Source of the DNA: an uncultured virus (IMG/VR IMGVR_UViG_3300020148_000038)
Taxonomy: Duplodnaviria > Heunggongvirae > Uroviricota > Caudoviricetes
Strand: one strand, 5' to 3'
Length of the DNA stretch: 20,000 nucleotides
IMG/VR virus record: IMGVR_UViG_3300020148_000038
Positions 15,860-20,000 of this stretch are shown piece after piece. The notes under the pieces were generated by a model, which ran no database searches, had not been told where the DNA came from, and saw nothing but the letters and a program-made list of their open reading frames with translations. How positions within the stretch are numbered: the stretch's first letter is position 1; each line of letters opens with the position of its first letter. The position numbers and the translations under genes are program-made.

Positions 15860-16849
15860 ATGACGTTCACCAACACTTTTGGTCACAAAATCGATGACGA
15901 TGTTCTTTCCGTCGAAGATAAAACTCTTGACGAGGTGATGGATGACACGGAGCGAACCGGAACACGAAGATTTGTTCCATCAATCTTCTCTGTCCCATCA
16001 GTTGACGAGTTTGTCGATTTTCTTGACGGCGACGAGGCGCTATCCGAATATGAAGAGCTTGTCGAGGACATGAACTCATCCGCCGCAATGGGTTATGTTA
16101 CCCTAGCGGATGCACATGGCGTTCCGTCAGATAAGCTTCTTGCTAAATATCCCCTGATTACGGTGCGAGAATTCTTTGACCTGATGATCGAGTCGCCCCT
16201 TTTCGTTCCGAAGATGTCGGTTGTTAAGGTCGAGAAATACGACGAAGAATTTAAGGATGAAGATGTTGCTGTCGGTAATTTCGGCAACATTTCTGTCTCA
16301 AAGGTGTTTTCGGGAGAAGTTTCGATGCGCGAACTTTCTGTATGGTGGGGCAGCGTGCGTGCCGGGAACATCCGTAACGGGAACACATCACTGACCAACT
16401 TCATCAAGGTTGGCGAGGTTATGCGTCTTGCTTCATATGATGGAATGACAGCGAACCTTTTCTCGGCATGCGATGCTGATTTTAAGAGTGTCATCGAATC
16501 TTACCGTAACGATTTCGGCAGCGAGTCTCTTCTGTGGGCCGCTATCGCGGACGCTGACGTTGAAGATGGCAAAGCCGATATCGATGGTTATGAGTCTAAG
16601 CGTGTTGAACTCAAACAGATGATTTCGGAGTTCGGATCTGATGGTGTTAGTGGGTATTTTGGCGCTTCTTATGATATCAACACAATTCGTTCTTATTTGG
16701 AGGTCGGGCTGTCTCATACTGAGGCGATTCCGTTCATCCGAATGGGGGTTGTTGACCCTAAGCAGATTAAGAGCAGTCTCGATGCTGAAATCGATCCGAT
16801 GATTGCAAAGGGCTTTTTCGCTAAGAGTCAGTTCTTTGGAGAATGGTAA
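15860..16849 (+). CDS. Acidic hypothetical protein, C-terminal motif family
   Basis: GAAAGG RBS; near its end IRMGVVDPKQIKSSLDAEIDPMIAKGFF. Confidence 0.85.
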   Translation: MTFTNTFGHKIDDDVLSVEDKTLDEVMDDTERTGTRRFVPSIFSVPSVDEFVDFLDGDEALSEYEELVEDMNSSAAMGYVTLADAHGVPSDKLLAKYPLITVREFFDLMIESPLFVPKMSVVKVEKYDEEFKDEDVAVGNFGNISVSKVFSGEVSMRELSVWWGSVRAGNIRNGNTSLTNFIKVGEVMRLASYDGMTANLFSACDADFKSVIESYRNDFGSESLLWAAIADADVEDGKADIDGYESKRVELKQMISEFGSDGVSGYFGASYDINTIRSYLEVGLSHTEAIPFIRMGVVDPKQIKSSLDAEIDPMIAKGFFAKSQFFGEW

Positions 16850-16854
16850 TCTGA

Positions 16855-17748
16855 GTGATTAACAGGATTGTGAAGAACGGCGCTCTCGAAAACAGCTATT
16901 TCGAAAGAATGGCTGGGAGCATTGGAGATAAGAAGAAGCTTATAGGTTTTCTTCCCCCTGTGACCTCTCATTACCGTCCGGTAATTCTTGACGTAGGTGC
17001 TGGCGGCGGCGAGTTATCACATGTTCTTCATGAAATGGGATACGAAGTGTATGCTCTTGATGCCAACGAAGATGCATTAACAAGGATTCGCACTAACTAT
17101 CCCGGCGTCCAAACTATTCAGGCATTGGCTAATCACGTAGATGATCAAGACAAGAAGTTTGACGCGATTATTTGTTCCTCAATTTTGCATGAGGTTTTCT
17201 CTGCTGGGGATGATGTTGCATCGTTTGGGCATATATCTTCTGTCGGACGCGCGTTGAAAAGCTTTCGTAACGCTCTCAAAGATGGCGGTCGTCTTATTAT
17301 CCGCGACGGTGTAATGCCTGACAATCATCGGGATATTGCGTTCGTAGAGATTCTTGATGCGGATGAATCCGTTGTTGAGGATTACTTGAAGATATCGGTA
17401 TTCAGTAATGGGACTGCCCACGAAGATTCAGGCAGTATTATTAGGCTTAATAAAGTAGGCACTCGACTGTTTCAGGGAAGCATTCGAAGTGTTTTCGAGT
17501 TTGTAATGACCTACAACTGGGGAGTGTCCAATTATCACCGGGAAGCTAATGAAATTTACGGTGTTTTTACTTTCAGCGACTATCCGAAATATGTCGCGCA
17601 GTTTGGGTACGAGTTGGTTTACCAAGATCGGTACTCGCTTCCAGAGTACGAACATCATCTAAAGAGCAGAGTGAAGATGATGGACGAGGATATGAACGAG
17701 ATTCCCATGTTCTACACAAATGCCATTTGGGTTTACGAAAAGCAGTAA
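16855..17748 (+). CDS. Class I SAM-dependent methyltransferase
   Basis: ILDVGAGGG motif I, YALDAN, FDAIICSSILHEV, LKDGGRLIIRD. Confidence 0.9.
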   Translation: MINRIVKNGALENSYFERMAGSIGDKKKLIGFLPPVTSHYRPVILDVGAGGGELSHVLHEMGYEVYALDANEDALTRIRTNYPGVQTIQALANHVDDQDKKFDAIICSSILHEVFSAGDDVASFGHISSVGRALKSFRNALKDGGRLIIRDGVMPDNHRDIAFVEILDADESVVEDYLKISVFSNGTAHEDSGSIIRLNKVGTRLFQGSIRSVFEFVMTYNWGVSNYHREANEIYGVFTFSDYPKYVAQFGYELVYQDRYSLPEYEHHLKSRVKMMDEDMNEIPMFYTNAIWVYEKQ

Positions 17749-17752
17749 TAGA

Positions 17753-17796
17753 GAAAACCCCGACAGTCGGCGGAGAGAATGACTATCGGGGTTTTC
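17753..17796. terminator. Bidirectional terminator hairpin
   Basis: GAAAACCCCGACAGTC / GACTATCGGGGTTTTC between convergent ORFs. Confidence 0.8.
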
Positions 17797-17807
17797 GGCT
17801 TGTGGTT

Positions 17808-17921
17808 TTAGATGAACTTCCCAGCGGGATGCCGCGATACAGCGCTGTTCACGGCATTGTCTTTCTTGAAAGACAATCGGGTAGTTACTTTCTTAATAAG
17901 ATCGGTAAATGCTGTCCACAT
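17808..17921 (-). CDS. Putative 37-aa micro-protein
   Basis: MWTAFTDLIKKVTTRLSFKKDNAVNSAVSRHPAGKFI fills the gap and ends just before the terminator; no RBS (possibly leaderless). Confidence 0.45.
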   Translation of the reverse strand: MWTAFTDLIKKVTTRLSFKKDNAVNSAVSRHPAGKFI

Positions 17922-17989
17922 GGTTACATCGTGACACATATATTCAGATAATGCGGCAAGACACGCCGTATATTGATATATTTCTTGTT

Positions 17990-18118
17990 ATGTCGAAAGC
18001 AATAATAGTCCCTATCGTCGTTCCGATCATCACTGTCATCTCAGCTTTGGCTTTATATCGTTTCCTCAACAGGGGGCTAGATAAACTAAACCTTGGTGAA
18101 CTAGACTTCGTTGAATAA
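17990..18118 (+). CDS. 42-aa single-TM micro-protein
   Basis: MSKAIIVPIVVPIITVISALALYRFLNRGLDKLNLGELDFVE; ATG 7 nt after TATATT; followed by a terminator. Confidence 0.65.
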   Translation: MSKAIIVPIVVPIITVISALALYRFLNRGLDKLNLGELDFVE

Positions 18119-18122
18119 AGAG

Positions 18123-18153
18123 GAAAGGCTATCCCGTTTAAGGATAGCCTTTC
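18123..18153. terminator. Bidirectional terminator hairpin
   Basis: GAAAGGCTATCC / GGATAGCCTTTC perfect 12-bp stem between two convergent micro-ORFs. Confidence 0.8.
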
Positions 18154-18155
18154 TG

Positions 18156-18299
18156 TTAGAATACGGAAGATATCACAACTACCAGCGCCAGAATTCCCAG
18201 GAACCCAGCCGAAGCAATAGCTAATTCAGCATCAACCCTTCTGGAAAGGTCGTTCTCTTTCTGACGAGTTGTGATATCCATTGTCTTTGTACTTGACAT
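18156..18299 (-). CDS. 47-aa C-terminal-TM micro-protein (absent from ORF track)
   Basis: MSSTKTMDITTRQKENDLSRRVDAELAIASAGFLGILALVVVISSVF. GAGGTG RBS 7 nt upstream, TAGATA-N17-TACAAT promoter, and stop 2 nt before the terminator. Confidence 0.75.
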   Translation of the reverse strand: MSSTKTMDITTRQKENDLSRRVDAELAIASAGFLGILALVVVISSVF

Positions 18300-18439
18300 G
18301 ACATATCACCTCTTTCACTTAAAGCATGAATTGTAACACTATGTAACTGATTTATCTAGTTAAATCAGTCTGAAAGAAACCTGAGAGTTTGCAGATAATG
18401 GTTTTGTGGGTGTGGATGCGGGAATAATATAGTCATCAC

Positions 18440-18592
18440 ACAATAAGAAAATTTAACAAAGAACCGCGACTAGAACGCGAAGCTCGGTATTGAGATATCG
18501 AGAGATATGAGGGTTGGCACTTTTCATATCTGACCAATTAAATTGGATGGTTCACCCCTGATTCAACAAACAGAGTCAGGGGTGAACCATTT
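18440..18592 (+). ncRNA. Candidate small structured RNA
   Basis: Interval without a credible ORF after TATAGT (18429-18434), with consecutive hairpins ending in an 18-bp terminator stem. Confidence 0.35.
18547..18592 (+). terminator. Strong hairpin/terminator
   Basis: ATGGTTCACCCCTGATTC / GAGTCAGGGGTGAACCAT. Confidence 0.75.
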
Positions 18593-18604
18593 ATAGAAGG
18601 CTAC

Positions 18605-18633
18605 TTGACGCCAAACATGCGGTCAAGTAGAAT
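18605..18633 (+). promoter_or_regulatory. SigA-type promoter TTGACG-N17-TAGAAT (leaderless), inside an inverted repeat
   Basis: GTG 18640 is 6 nt after the -10; CTACTTGAC-N12-GTCAAGTAG at 18601-18630. Confidence 0.85.
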
Positions 18634-18639
18634 AACTGA

Positions 18640-19521
18640 GTGCTTGTTAAATTTGTTAAGTTGAACGCTGGCAATATCGCTCTAAGAATGGCAACCTTCA
18701 TTGTCTTCGCCGCGTTGGTTGTGTATTGTTATCAGTACATCGCAGAAATTCTTGAAAGCACGCCCGCTGCGATTGTAGTTGTGGTTGTTCTTGTCACATT
18801 AGGTTCTATCATCATTTTCAACGAAGTAGTTGATTCTTTTGTCCAGTTTAAAAGGAACTCTGCGAGCATTGAAGTTGGGTTGGTAGATGAATTCACCAAC
18901 AAGCCTTACATGAAATACATCCCAAAGGATATGTCTCATGATGCTGTTTTGAAGGTTGTTTGGGAGGTTGAACTGTCACAATGCACTTCGACGGAGAATA
19001 TTAATATAATCGTCAAGGAAGTAAAAGACAAGTACCGCCGTTTATCCCTTGGACAAAATGTAGCCAAAGAAGTTTTGATAGCGCATGAAGCTGGACATGC
19101 TACCGTCGCTATTGCTTTGGGTTATCCGGTATTAGCAATTCATCTGAGAAGAGATGGTGGAGAAACGTATGTATCTTCGTGTCCGTGCGCTCCGGAGGAA
19201 ATATGGGATGCGCTGCTTATCTCTGTTGCTGGCTGGGCAGGAGAAAGAAGAGCAGATGTAACCCAAACTGCTATTCATCAAGATGAAATAGAGAGCACCG
19301 ATTATGCAAACAGATTGTCATATATCGAATGGTCGCCCACTTCAGAATATATGTCTCCCGAGCAGTTGATTAAGTATGCAAAACAGGAGGCGACGCGCAT
19401 CCTCAATGATTATGAAGATTTATACTCTTCTATTGCTCATGAGCTAGAACAGCAAGGAGAGCTAACATCGGAATCTGTTATTGCTATCGTCCGTTCGAAC
19501 AGAACTGTGATAGTTGGTTGA
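18640..19521 (+). CDS. Membrane-anchored peptidase M41 (FtsH protease-like) domain protein lacking an AAA+ domain
   Basis: Two N-terminal TM segments; IAHEAGHATVA...GGET...ISVAGWAGER...A..IL......I A.EL...GELT; no Walker A/B motifs. Confidence 0.8.
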   Translation: MLVKFVKLNAGNIALRMATFIVFAALVVYCYQYIAEILESTPAAIVVVVVLVTLGSIIIFNEVVDSFVQFKRNSASIEVGLVDEFTNKPYMKYIPKDMSHDAVLKVVWEVELSQCTSTENINIIVKEVKDKYRRLSLGQNVAKEVLIAHEAGHATVAIALGYPVLAIHLRRDGGETYVSSCPCAPEEIWDALLISVAGWAGERRADVTQTAIHQDEIESTDYANRLSYIEWSPTSEYMSPEQLIKYAKQEATRILNDYEDLYSSIAHELEQQGELTSESVIAIVRSNRTVIVG

Positions 19522-19546
19522 TTTAAAAGTGGTTTTCTAGTACAGT
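19518..19546 (+). promoter_or_regulatory. SigA-type promoter TTGATT-N17-TACAGT (leaderless)
   Basis: GTG 19554 is 7 nt after the -10. Confidence 0.7.
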
Positions 19547-19553
19547 TGTTATT

Positions 19554-20000
19554 GTGAAACCTGAAACCAATTTTTTCGATTTAGCTAGTAAGCTGGCTAT
19601 CGCCATTCCAGAAATGAGTCCGCTTCAGGTTCATCAATACCTATCAAGACTTGATTTATGGGTCTTAGAGCGTATCGGGCTATTGACGGTGGTAACTCAT
19701 ACCGATATCGCTACGGTCAATCAATTGAATACCAACGTGGGCGCTCTTAGGAAGCATTGTCAACTCGACAATTTGGTTTATCTCGTAGCTTTACTGTTTG
19801 CTGTCAACCCTTATGTTTTGCTTAGCGATGATACTGCAAAACTATTGAGTCGAGCATCGACTGTTCAATCCGCTATAGAGAATTATGGGTTAGCGCAGTT
19901 GCAGAAAATGTTTCAATCCGGGATGGGGATTGACTCTCTTTCGACGCTCATTAACAACAATGTAGATGTTGATATCGTCATGTCTGTTGTAAACAACTGA
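19554..20000 (+). CDS. Hypothetical protein, C-terminal motif family
   Basis: Ends FQSGMGIDSLSTLINNNVDVDIVMSVVNN; TGA at the window end. Confidence 0.8.
   Translation: MKPETNFFDLASKLAIAIPEMSPLQVHQYLSRLDLWVLERIGLLTVVTHTDIATVNQLNTNVGALRKHCQLDNLVYLVALLFAVNPYVLLSDDTAKLLSRASTVQSAIENYGLAQLQKMFQSGMGIDSLSTLINNNVDVDIVMSVVNN

Noticed and set aside
16855..17748. Methyltransferase as a DNA methylase of a restriction-modification system
   Set aside because: No DPPY/NPPY or PC catalytic motif; the layout is that of a small-molecule/protein class I methyltransferase.
17727..17951. 74-aa plus-strand ORF
   Set aside because: Runs through the terminator hairpin at 17753-17796; the opposite-strand micro-ORF fits the layout better.
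17750..18600. Possible tRNA or CRISPR array in the hairpin-rich interval
   Set aside because: No cloverleaf with a T-loop signature and no regularly spaced direct repeats seen.

Overview
Gene-dense window of a probable large (jumbo-type) dsDNA phage of an actinobacterial host. The basis is many short unrelated ORFs on both strands, frequent leaderless genes, and host-like DUF2510, YqeY, CAP and pilin-like genes. No capsid, terminase or replication hallmark gene is present, so phage identity is inferred. Main result: seven otherwise unrelated proteins share a ~20-residue N-terminal peptide (consensus M-x-N-[LT]-x-[PR]-T-x-[IV]-[IV]-D-K-N-G-[KR]-x-T-[TH]-V-[HWY]-[KR]). All six transcription units carrying them are preceded by a non-canonical promoter, [TG]GT[CA]-N12-TANNNT, with no -35 box. 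That geometry matches the actinobacterial PafBC '-26' (RecA-NDp) promoter. Most other genes use canonical TTGAC-N17-TANNNT promoters. Together this suggests a co-regulated, tag-addressed cargo system, for example proteins packaged into the virion. Also present: a second protein family sharing a C-terminal motif, four HExxH-type peptidase-like proteins, and a cluster of unannotated micro-ORFs plus a candidate structured RNA at 17.75-18.6 kb.
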